NCBI RefSeq assembly: GCF_001447785.1
Contig: NW_015169174.1
Location: 585,729 to 649,728 of the forward strand
Length of the DNA stretch: 64,000 nt
Reading direction: 5' to 3'
Source of the DNA: Gekko japonicus
Taxonomy: Eukaryota
Shown: in pieces, positions 24,901 to 36,900 of the stretch
Layout: every line of letters begins with the position of its first letter
Position numbering within the stretch: the stretch's first letter is position 1
Position numbers and translations under genes: made by a program
The notes under the pieces: model-generated
What the model was told of the DNA's origin: nothing
Database searches by the model: none
The model's input: only the letters and a program-made list of their open reading frames with translations

Positions 24901-27900
24901 AGAGAGGGAGGGCTTGCCTGAACGGTATGATTGTCCTGTGGCACTGCAGCCCTTGCCTGAGTTTCCCGTAAATATATGTAAGACTAGCCTCAGTCCTAAA
25001 AGTCGCTGTCCTTGTTGGTGCGAGTCAGTGAGTGCTTTCTCAAAGGTTCCCCACTGTAGTGTGTCCCACCGCTCTGTCTCAACATATTAATTGTTAGTTT
25101 CTCATCCCTTTAGTCCAAGGGACTGAGGATCAGAGGTGCCCTGAACCGACATCCTGGACTCAGCAACGTTAACATAAGAACATAAGAGAAGCCAATGTTG
25201 GATCAGGCCAAGGGCCCATCTAGTCCAACACTCTGTCACACAGTGGCCAAAAATACCAGGTGCCATCAGGAGGTCTAGCAGTGGGGCCAGGACACTAGAA
25301 GCCCTCCCACTGTTGCCCCCTCCCCCAAACACCAAGAATACAGTGCATCACCTGCCCCAGTCTGTGAGTTCCTATCTATACCTTGTGGCTAATAGCCACT
25401 GATGGATCTCTGCTCCATATGTTTATCCAGTTCCCTCTTGAATCTGTCCATGCTTGTAGCCGCCGCCACCTCCTGTGGCAGTGAATTCCATGTGTTAATC
25501 ACTCTTTGAGTAAAGAAGTCCTTCCTTTTATCTGTTCTACCCGACCACTCAGCAATTCCATTGAGTGCCCATTAGTTCTTGTATTATGAGAAAGGGAGAA
25601 AAGTACTTCTTTCTCGACCTGCTCTATCCCATGCATAATCTTATAAACTTTGATCATGTCACCCGTCAGCCATCGTTTCTCCAAGCTAAAGAGCCCCAAG
25701 CACTTTAACCTTCACTGTGGAAGATGAGAAGTACTTGCCGGCTCCAGAACCACTGATTTCGGGAGCAGTGTTGAGAGACCTGAGTCAGATTGAGGTGACG
25801 AGAGAGGAGGTCCTATGACTGATAGACAACTTAAAAACTGATAAATCACCAGGCCCGGATGGCATACATCCGAGAGTTCCATGTGTTAATCACATTCTGT
25901 GTGATGAATGACCTTATCAGAGTTTGTAATGTTGCTTTCTGGAATGTCCGATTTCACCCTGTTTCTTTTGTCATGATGGTACTATTTGCACATTTAATCT
26001 GCCATCTGTCAAAGAATTTTCCGTCTTATAGGTGAGCTGGGGGGGAAGAGTATAGCTGGGCAGCTTATAGTGACCCAATATTGTCCACCTTCTTGCTAGT
26101 GGAGGGTCCAACTTATTCCATGCTAATTGCCCTTTGCTGAGTGTCACTTCCCGCTATCATATCTGATGATGCTTGTCTGTTCCAGTGACTCACCTAGTTT
26201 TATTCTTCGAGAACCGACTGAAAGATCATCATGCTGTCATTCCCTCTGTGCTGCAGGGACTCAAAGCACTGGTAAGAATTTGTTCTTCTCACCACACTTA
26301 ATACAGTGAAATGCATGACAGTACTTAGGAGGTTGCCATGTCTATTTGTCACCATAGTTGGGGTGCTGCCCTGTCTCCAAAGGTAGAAAAGCTCAAAGCA
26401 GTTCATTAATTGAAGGGCAGCAGATCAGCAGTTCTGCCCCATTTAAACATGATCAGTAAGAGAAGAGGTTGGAGAGGGTGATCCGAGTGACTTAAAGGTG
26501 CTGGGAGTTGGTGAAATGGTGATCTCTTCTGTCGTCTATCCCTCGGACATGGAGCTCAGACTTCATAGTGCTTGATTGTTTCCTTTTTCATGAGCGGGAC
26601 ATTGTTACACTGCTGATTAAACAGCTGACTCACTTGGCTTGTGCCCATGGTATTGGGTGGTGAATCAGTCCTTGTAGCTTACAAAGTAGTGTTCAGAGAT
26701 TCTGGGAGCTACTGCAGACACCCATTCCCTAATATTAGTGGGCCCTGAATTTTTGTGATGTTTCCTATTTGTCTCTAGAGTATGTGTGCGGCATTGGCTC
26801 CAGGCCTGGCAGTGTCTGTTCTCAAAGCCATCTTCCAGGAGGTTCATGTCCAGGTGAGTTTGGGGGAGCTGTGTTGGACTGGTCATTTGGACCTGAGATC
26901 CCTCATCTGTGCTTCTTCCTTCCTTTTCCACAGCAACATGTGAACAAGGTTTCTGCCTGCTGTTGCCTGCAGTGCAGGACGGTAGGCATTACCCTTCTTT
27001 GCTGGGACCTTCTCATCCATTCTCTCTCTGCATGAAGAGGATTGAGGCACAGAGTCAAGAACTGAATGTTCTCCCCTGACCTCTGAAATGTGTGGGAACA
27101 GCACTAGGAAATCTGAGGTCCAAGGAACCTTGGATGCTCCCAGAGCTTTTGGTTGGACTACCCCATCATTTGAATTTTCTGTTCCTTGGCCCCGCACAGT
27201 AGAGTTTCTTTGTTTATAACCCCTTCCACTTCTGAGCTGCACTTCTGTTTTGCATCCCCTGGTAGAGAATAATGTTGTGATTTTAAGAAAGGGAAAAAAG
27301 ATTATCCCAGAAATTATCGGCTAGTTAGTTTGATGTCAATTCCAGGAAAGATTTTAGAACAGATTGTTAAGGGGTCTATTTGTGGACATGTGGAGAAACA
27401 CACAGTGATTGTTAAATCTCAGTGCAGCCTTTTTAGGAATAAGTCATGTCAGACCAACCTGGTCTCTTTTTTCAATATAGTTACTAGTTTGGTGGATCAG
27501 GGGAGGGCTGTGGATATTAGTAGTCTATTTGGATTTCAGCAAAGCTTTTGACATGATGATGTTCTTGTTGAGAAGCTGGTGAGATATGGACTAGATCGCC
27601 ATTTAGACTTCTGATTCTATTTCTGTATCCTTTTACTTTCCTTCTTGTATGTATAGCAATTTTAAAAGTTTTATCAGTTATCTGTTGAGGCTTTTCATTT
27701 CTTATGGCTACGTGCATAGTCTTTGCACATTCTTTCTTGATAATATCTGTGGTTTCAGCACATAATTCTTCTGGTTCCCATTCACTTGAACTTAGTAATG
27801 CAAATCTGTTTGTTACTCGATCTTTAAACTCTTAGGATTGTTGTTTATATTGTATATTGGTACTATGAATGTTTGATTTTTTTTCTTTAGCTTTATTCTA

Positions 27901-30900
27901 TTGTTCGATATTAAGAGAGTCTAAACTCATTACAGTATTGCTCTCAGCTTTGTTGTGCACAAATCCCCTCACCGTGTGAAGGTGTGTGTCCAAGATGGCG
28001 GTTCCCCACCTATCCCCTCCAAAGGAATCGTGACCATTTTAGAGGGTAGTTGTTTCTGATAGATAAGGCATGGCTATGTTCACTTGCTCTGAATCTTGGA
28101 GTTAAATCTGAAACTTCCTGTGCATGTAGTATTCTGAAGCAGAATAAATTCTGTCCTCCATTCACATCATAACTAGACGAATTTTGGATTTTATGTGGAA
28201 TAGTAAGAGATTCAGAGCGTCTCTTAGCAAGAGCAAAAATAAAGGCAGGGAGGGGATATTATGGCATGATGAAGCATTCTGCCTTCTATTTATTTATTTA
28301 TTTATTTGTCTGTCTGTCTGTTACCCTGCCCCCCCCCCCACCGAGGCAGGCTCAGGGCGGCTTACATAAAACCACTAAAACAATATATATCTCAGTATAA
28401 AAGTACATAACAAACAGTTTAAAACCATTAATGTGTCGATGGTGTTATAATGTAATAAAATACATTTAAAAACACAGTCAGCGGTACATATAACACATTC
28501 AGCGGTGCTACTACTCTAGGTGGCCTCTAACTCTAGGTCGGCACAGGGCCCACTGATAAGACACTGCTCCTATCAGAATGCCTGCCAAAAAAGCTCTGTT
28601 TTCACAGCCCTACAGAATTGTGAGAGGTCTCGCAGGGTCCTGATCTTGCTGGGAAGCTCGTTCCAATAGGTCGGAGCTGCCAGAGAAAATGCCCTGGTCC
28701 TGGTCGATGTCAGCCTGGCATCCCTCAGACCAGGGAGGGCCAGGCGGTTTTGTACATATCAGAGCACTGTCCATCCATGCACGTGCCTGCTCGTCTGTAT
28801 GTATAGACATTTGAACTAACTTTTATCTTGATCACCTTTCTGCCAAATGGGTACTTGGGCAATATATAAAATACGAATGAAATTATAAAATACAAGCAAC
28901 AAACAAAAAATAAATATAAAAGCTAGAAGAAAGTGTGCCTATGTTAATGGCTTATTTCTCATCTGTGCGTTTATCTTCTAGTCTCTGCTGCAGCTGGATC
29001 GCCATACAGTCTATAGTATCATCACTAACTTCATGAGCAGCCGAGAGGCAGGTGAGATGGAGAGCTGTGGGAAGGGATTGAGTTGGAAGCAGAGATTCAT
29101 TTTGAGTACCTTGATATCTTCTCTATCTGCTGCTGCTTTCCACAGAACTGAAGAGTCTGGGTGCTGATTTCACCTTTGGCTTCATCCAGGTGATGGATGG
29201 GGAGAAGGACCCTCGCAACCTGTTAGTAGCCTTTCAGATTGTGCGAGACATCATTGTAAAGGGCTATGCACTCGGTAGGTTACTTACTAGGCTGGCTGAC
29301 TGGCTAAGGGGAGAGCCCTGGGTGGCAAATGGTCAGTTGGTTAGGCCTCTTGCCCATGCTTGCTGGGTGTAATATTGGGGTGGAAGGGCAGATCTTGATC
29401 ATGAAATGCCTGTGGAGGCATCTGACATGAGAACTGCTTTCAAGCCCCTGGACTGTTTCTTCACCCAGTTAGTGAGCTGTCATAAGAGTAGCACCAGATG
29501 TTATGGACCCTGGCTGGAGCCTCCATAGGTCCACAGAAGTTCCCAAAGAACCAACACAAGAGATCTGGGTGTACTTACAAGCAGATCTTTAATAACGCAT
29601 CAGAGTTATCAAAGCAGGTTCAGGCTAAGCTATAATCAGCTGGCCTTGAGAGTGCCACACACGGACAGCAAAGCTCGAGAACAAGAGCATAACTCAGACT
29701 AGGTGTCTTATACCCTAAATGCTGGCTGTGAGCCCAAAGAATGATTAATTAAGCTATCCCCAACACTTGGATGAGCCAGGCCATCTTGCACCTGGCTTCC
29801 AGTGGGGGGAAGAAACAACCCAGGCCTTGAAGATAAGCACTGCTAACAAGCACGAGAGGGAAAGTTCCCCTGAGAGCAGCTAATACAGTCCTCTCTCAGG
29901 CCCCAGGGCAACTAAGCACCAGCATGTAGCAAAGATGGAGTCACCTGGGCCAATACGCCTGATGGGCTGCAGATGAATAAGCCAGGTCATACATCTTCTC
30001 AGCTTCCACCCTGTGGTTTAGTTTGGATTTGTAGTATACAGCCTCTGCCCATCCTGAGGACTCACACTGCTGCCGTCTGCCTTTCAGGGCCCTTTGTAGA
30101 GGAGCTGTTTGAGGTGACATCCTGCTACTTCCCTATCGACTTTATTCCTGTGAGTGAGTTCATCTGGTGCTGTCAAACTTCTTTCGTTTCTAGTCATCCC
30201 TCACTGCTGGGCTATAGCTGTTGCAGCAGAATGACTGCTGGTGCCTGGGGCTGAGGGTGTCTGTGATGAGATTTTTTTTCCAGCGAAACACAGCCTGTAA
30301 CAGGGAGGCTTTTAACAAGCAGAGTTTTTAGTCTCTGATTCTGTTTCAGCCTCCAAATGATCCTCACGGAATCCAGAGAGAAGACTTGATTGCCAGCCTG
30401 CGGGCAGTGCTAACCTCCACCCCTGCTTTTGCTGAGGTAGGATAGTTACGTAGAATGGATGAGACCTCTCCTTCACATCTGTCCCGTGGTCTTGTGGGAT
30501 TGCTCTGTTCTTTCTGATGTGAGCCAGTTGTATAGGGTGTGATGTTCATTATTTGATTTGTGTGGACTGCATTCAAAATGTATCAAAAGAAAGATGTGCA
30601 GCTTTCTACAATAACTTGAGATATTTTCAAAAACTGGGAAGATGTCATGGCACCTGAACATAGTATATTATACAGTATGTATACACAGCTAAGATCAAGT
30701 ATATTGTAGAGATAATATACCTTACTTTTGTAACTAGAATCAGCTCCTTTGAAAATGCAGCTATCAGGCCTTGCAAGTTTTTTTGGCTAAGGGTGCAATT
30801 AATATTTTTAAATCACTTTTTCAAAACAGTTTAGAGTTACTGGGATTCTTAAAAGCTCAATAAACTGTCTAAGAATGCTTTGTGGAGGGGTACATGCCCC

Positions 30901-33900
30901 CCCTCGCCCCATAGATTTCAGTGAAGTCCGGAAGTTATAGTATTATCCCTTTCTGTAGGTTATATGTTGTTTGTGGGCCCTGCCTTGATAGGGGTTCTGG
31001 TCTTCTGGGATATATTTTATTTATTTATTTATTTTATGACATTTATACCCCGCCCTCCCCGCGAGCGGGCTCAGGGCAGCTTACATAAGGCACCGAGTGT
31101 GTTCAGTATACAGATTACATGATACAGAATACAGAGTTAAAACAGCTTAAAACAGCTTAAAATCAGTTTTACCACAAAGCACAATGAAGTTTCCATCTTC
31201 TCCCCCCCCCCCCAGTTCCTGCTTCCGCTTCTCATTGAAAAAATGGATTCTGATGTACAAAGTGCCAAGATGGACTCCCTACAGACAATGGTAAGAGCAC
31301 TACTGAAACATAACAAACTCCATAACTGAAGTCAAGGATTGCGTTGTCTTGCCTCTTCAGCTTCCCTCAGGGCCAGGCACACAGGGTTTTTGTCTTCCCC
31401 CGCTTCAGTGTTGGCTTCTCCTTCATGATAATTCAAAGTCTGAGGTCTCTGCCGGCCACAGTAGCTCCTTCACTGGCCACTGAGCCCCTTCCCTTCTTAA
31501 CCCGTTCTTACAGAATGCTGCCTGCATGATCTACGGACAGAAAGAGCTGAAGGATTTCCTCTCTAGCCTCTGGTCATCCTTGCGCAGAGAGGTGAGAGGA
31601 ATGAGTTTTGTACAGGAGGTGGGGTGGGCTTTGTTTTCTGGGCAAGTGTATGTAGCCTTTGTTTCTGCTCTTTGTCTAGAAATGTCATCAAAGGGGCATT
31701 TCGGCATGGCACAGTACCGTGTAGTAACTGNNNNNNNNNNNNNNNNNNNNNNNNNNNNNNNNNNNNNNNNNNNNNNNNNNNCGGTTGTTGCATTCTCTGT
31801 GTAGTTTATATACAAGGCACACTCTTAAGTACAGAGCTGATTCTCCTTCCTTCCCTTCCTCGCCCCCGGGGCCAGGTGTTCCAGACAGCAAGCGAGAGGA
31901 TTGAATCAGAGGGTCTGTCCACTTTGCGTGCTCTCTCAACATGTTTGTCCCGCTCAGTGCTCAGCTCAGATGATGAGGATCTTCTGGATTCTTTCCTTAG
32001 AGGCATTCTGCAGGGTAACCTCCACTGAAGCAGTATACCTTTGACAAGAGATGGTGTGGCGAAGTGGTTAGAGTGTTGAGTTAGGATCTGGATGACCAGG
32101 TTTGAACCCTTGCTCTGCTGTGGAAGCATACTGGGTGACATTGGACCAGTCACACACACTCTCCTAACCTACCTCATAAGGTGGCTGTTGTGAAGATAAA
32201 ATGGAGGAGGGGAGAGCAGTGTTGTAAGCTGCTTTGCATCCCCATTGGGGAGAAAAGCAACATATAAGTACTTAATACAGACTGGACAGCCATTTGACTG
32301 ACACTCCATTCACACAATTCTATTTGGAGTAAATGACAGCCTTGTAGAGGAAGGAGACATCTGCTCTCCTGCTTTAGAGGAAGGAGTGGAAACCACTTCT
32401 GGCGTTAACTTGGGGAAGAAGCAACAGAGAATAGACTCTCTACTAAGCTTTTAAATGCTGAAGATGAACAGCATCTTATTATAGTAAAGTACTGTTGCTT
32501 CTTGGTGGGATTTTAGCAGGGACTTGGGGCTTCTGTTATCTCTCTCATACACGCTCTTGTCTTCTTCAGATTGCAGGCACCACCTGTGTGAGCCTGACAT
32601 GAAGTTGGTGTGGCCGAGTGCAAAGCTCCTGCAGGCGGCTGCAGGGGGTTCCTTGCGGGCCTATTACCAGATCACAAAGAGTGTCTTTCCATTACTGGTG
32701 GAGCAGTATAATAAGCATTTGCAGGTGAGTGGGATGGGCTTGTGCTGGAGTGGAGAGTAATGGCATTGAAACTGGGCAGCCCCAGTTGCAGATTAGGGAA
32801 AGTTTGGTTGCGACTTCTTCTGCATTTGCTTTGGCTTGTGGCCTACATAGAACAGTGATAATGCTGCAATGGTCAAGCTATCTCAAATAAAATAAAATAT
32901 TATCAAAATATATATTTATCCTATGGTGTACACAATGGTGATTAAAAACATAAGATCTGAATATCAGACTGCATAGAACATCAACATGAGCTTTACATAA
33001 GCTGTAGTCGATGATTTCACATACACAGTTGATGAATATATCAAATGATCAACAAGACCACACACATTTCAGCCTCAAGGGCATTCGTCAGTGGTTAGTA
33101 ATATATAGTTATTTCAACAAGACACACATTCAGAAGTGAATATATAAATCCAGACCAGGAGTTGCTTTCTCATATGTTGTGCGGTTGTTGAAAGTTTATA
33201 AAACAGGCCATGGATCCCTTCTCGTGGTAACTGCACTCACACAACAAAATCTTCAATGATATAAACAATCTGGTATAAAATTTCCAGTGCCTCTGGATGT
33301 GTGTGTTGTCCTCAACCGAGAGTTGCAATAAAGTCAGCTACATAGGGCAGTGGCCTTGATCCATGGCTGTTCTTCTGTGCTCTTGACCTGCTTAATCCAG
33401 TTTGTGTCTTCTTAATCTCTTGTAGAGTAGCCAGCATAGGACAATCTTGGAGGTGCTGCTTGGTTTCTTGGAGCTGCGGCAAAAGTGGGGTCATGAGGAA
33501 GAAGGTGCGAGTTGGCTTCCTGTTACATCTGTACTGGTGCCTCGTAACTTCTAGCATAACATTAGTTCCTAGGGCTCGGTAGCCCATTAATACTGCCTTC
33601 TTCTCTCCATCTCCTCCAGATAAGAGTCCCCTGCTTTGCTCTAAAGATGCTCTGTGCTCCATGGTGTTTTCGGCACTTGTTGAACCCAACGTGCAGCTGC
33701 AGTTGGTTGGGATCCGAGCGTTGACCTTTTTAGGATTATTACAAGGTGTGTGGCTCTCTATGTGGATTGAGTGGTGCCCCCAGGAAGTGTTATGTATTAC
33801 TAAAAGATTTCTCTTCTGGTGTGTTTCTGCCTTACTAATACATACTTGCAGTGTGTAGTCTGGCATATTCTACTACATGTATACAGCCAGACAGTTGGAT

Positions 33901-36900
33901 TTCATGCAGTTGGATCCTCTTCCAGTTTATGTTGTGCTAGCTGGCCTATATGGGCACTACAGGGATTACAGAAGGTGGTGTACAATACAGCAAGAAAGAA
34001 AAAGCAGTACTCTATTGCATGGGCAAGGAAAGAAACATGAATTCAGTCTCTCCTGTTTCAGGGCTTCTGGACCTCCCGGACATGGATAGACTTGTGAACA
34101 GCCTGGCACAGTTCATCCTTCATGAGGAAGATTCCCAGACCAGGTGAAAGGCAGGGGCAAATTTGGGCCTAGTGCTGTGGTCAGGGGGAACAGTAGGTGT
34201 TAGAGCCTGGGATTGATTCCTTCCTAACAACTGATACCATTGTGTCCTGTTACTTTTTTAAGAACTGTAAGCAGCAAACTGCAATGTCTCTTCTATTGTT
34301 CCTGATTAATGAGGGTTTAGGCTGTCAGGGTCACTTCCAAGATGTTTATGAGTACATGGAATGAACCAGATGTCATTAGATTGCGTGTTGTCTCTGTGAT
34401 TGGTCACAAGCTGTCCTGTAAGATATAACATGCTATTAAAATGAGCACACAAATCCAATATCTACATTTTCTTTCTGAATAAGAATGCTAATGCATTTGA
34501 ACTATCTGACTATCAAGGACAACAAACAAAACTGGTGATTCTAAATATTTACTCCTTCCTAAACAGTTTATTCTTTGTTGCAACTTTTGTTCCTTAATGG
34601 ACAGTTGGTGCTATGGTTTATACATTAGTGTCTCAAAATCCAGCCCTGATGGTTAAATATAGTTCATGATACTTCACCATAGAGACTCCACAGCACCTTC
34701 TCAATCATTCTGTTGCTCAGAATTTGAACTTCTGTCTTTAGGTTGTTGCAGGTTAGCTTCTTGTGACACATTCTGCTACTGACCTAAATCTTCTGTTCAG
34801 CCCTTGACATGTAGGATGACCAAACCTGGTAGTCCTAGGACAGCTCCCAAACAGACTCGGTGACACCTTTTCCTAGTCTCTGGAAGTGGGAGCATATACC
34901 CCTGCCCACCCCCTGTCTGGTTCCCAGATGAACTCAGCTGGAATGAGCACAGAAAAGTCCAAATAATCTGCATCACTGTCTAACCCATCCTCCTGTCCAA
35001 AAAGTACTTGTAATAAATATTTTACAAAATCCAGTGCATACAACACACAGTATTACACTTTTCAAAAATTAGCTTTTCATTTATTCTATTTCAGTAAAAT
35101 TGACTTGCTACATAAGGATAGGAGAGGGCAGAGCATTGAAAAACAGTTACCCCCCCCCCTGGGGTGTCTATTGGCAACATTTAGCCACAAGAATTCCTAT
35201 GGCAGTTCACAACAAAAACAATAAAATGAATTAGTTACACTGAAAGGTGGCAGCACATTTGGTTTACGTGGGTGATGTGTAGCCCTTCTCCCCAGCCCTC
35301 TAATTTCATATAACCTTGGCTGCCATTTGTTATGTTTTGTAATGATAAAAAATATCATAAAAGACCTTATGCTTTATTTTTGTGTGTTTACTGTTTAGTT
35401 TTTGTAATTCAGTCTCTTTTGAAATAGCTGCTTTCTTTAACTCTGGCAATGAGTGTTTGGCTCCAGCTCTTTCTTTCGCGCTCTTACCTTTTCACCTTCC
35501 TCTTAATCCCTATAGCTTGGCTGCCATGGAGGCTGCAGGCACCCTGACTCCCTTCTACCCAGAAGCCTTCAGCAGGTGCTTGGTTCAGAAGCTCTCGGAG
35601 GGTCTGCAGTCAGGTATAGCATACTATTGGGTGGGCTTAGCAGAGGTAGGCAGAGTTCCTCCTCTGCATTACTTTACTAAGCATGTGTGAAGAAATGCCT
35701 GGTGTCTCCCCTAGTGACTACAGATGCTAACTGCAGTGTGCCTTTCACCTACCTCTCTGTAGGGTCTCTCTGGTTTGAAGCCTATGAAGTAAATCAAATG
35801 GGCAGACTAGTTTTTAGACTATGGCTGATGTTCCTTACATCTATGCTCTGGAGGGGATTGTGGTGGCACTTTGCTGGCCTGTTCTTTCAGACAAATGCTT
35901 TGCTTGGCTGCTGTGTTCTATGTGCTGCATGTTTCAGAACTACGGGAGGACAGCACTCAGTTCCAGCAGGACCGTTGCCTGCAGGCCTTGGCAGCAGTGT
36001 CCACCCACCCAAGTATAATGAAGGAGACTGTTCCAGTTCTTCTCCAGCATCTCCAGAAGGTGCAGAAAGGTAACACAAGAATTGTATGGGACAAATGTGA
36101 GCAGCTCTGGTCATTGTTTCCTAATGGAGAAGGGTAATAGGGGTGGAATACAGAAATGGCTTAGAGCCAGATTTATACGTATAGTTCCTTTGTCAGGGCA
36201 GGGACATGAACTCTGATCTGTAGGTCCCTTCCAGCCCCATAACTTTCTAATTTCTAAAGATGAGAGAAATTGGCCAAGAATGTTAGTGGAAAGCCTGGGT
36301 TGGCATGGCCTCTGGCTATCCCAGTCACAGCCTACCTCCCATTGGTGCTATGATGTCTTGATGTTCTTAAATGGCCATGGAGATTTGGAGATTGTATATC
36401 AGTAACTTCAGATTTTAAGGAATTGGTGATCACTATGACTTGTTAGATTGGTGTGGCCATTTTTAACGTGCACTAACCTGGATAGCCCATAGTAGCTCAA
36501 TCTCATCAGGTCTCGGAAGCTAAGCAGGGTTGGCCCTGATTAGGACTTGGATGGGAGACCACCAAGGAAGTCCAGGGTCAAGACACAGGCAATGGAGAAC
36601 CACCTCTGTTCACCTCTTGCCTTGAACCCCCTATGGTATTGCCATAAATCAGCTGAAACCTGATGGTATTCTGCATACGTATGTTTTTAATGCATTATTT
36701 TAATTTGCAGGCAGCACGCAGGCAGGTGTCCAGTCTGTGGTGTCTGTGTGCCAGAGTTTGAAGCAGATGGCATTGCAGTGCCATCAAAATGCTCAGAATT
36801 ATTGGTACTTTCATCAGGCTGTGGTGCCCTGCTTGATGGGCTTAGCAGTGCAGGCTGCTATGCAAGGTAAGGTCAATGAATGGGCAAAGACTGGGGCTTT

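Noticed and set aside
36475-36580. 5S rRNA gene
   Set aside because: Partial and diverged, continuing into a SINE tail
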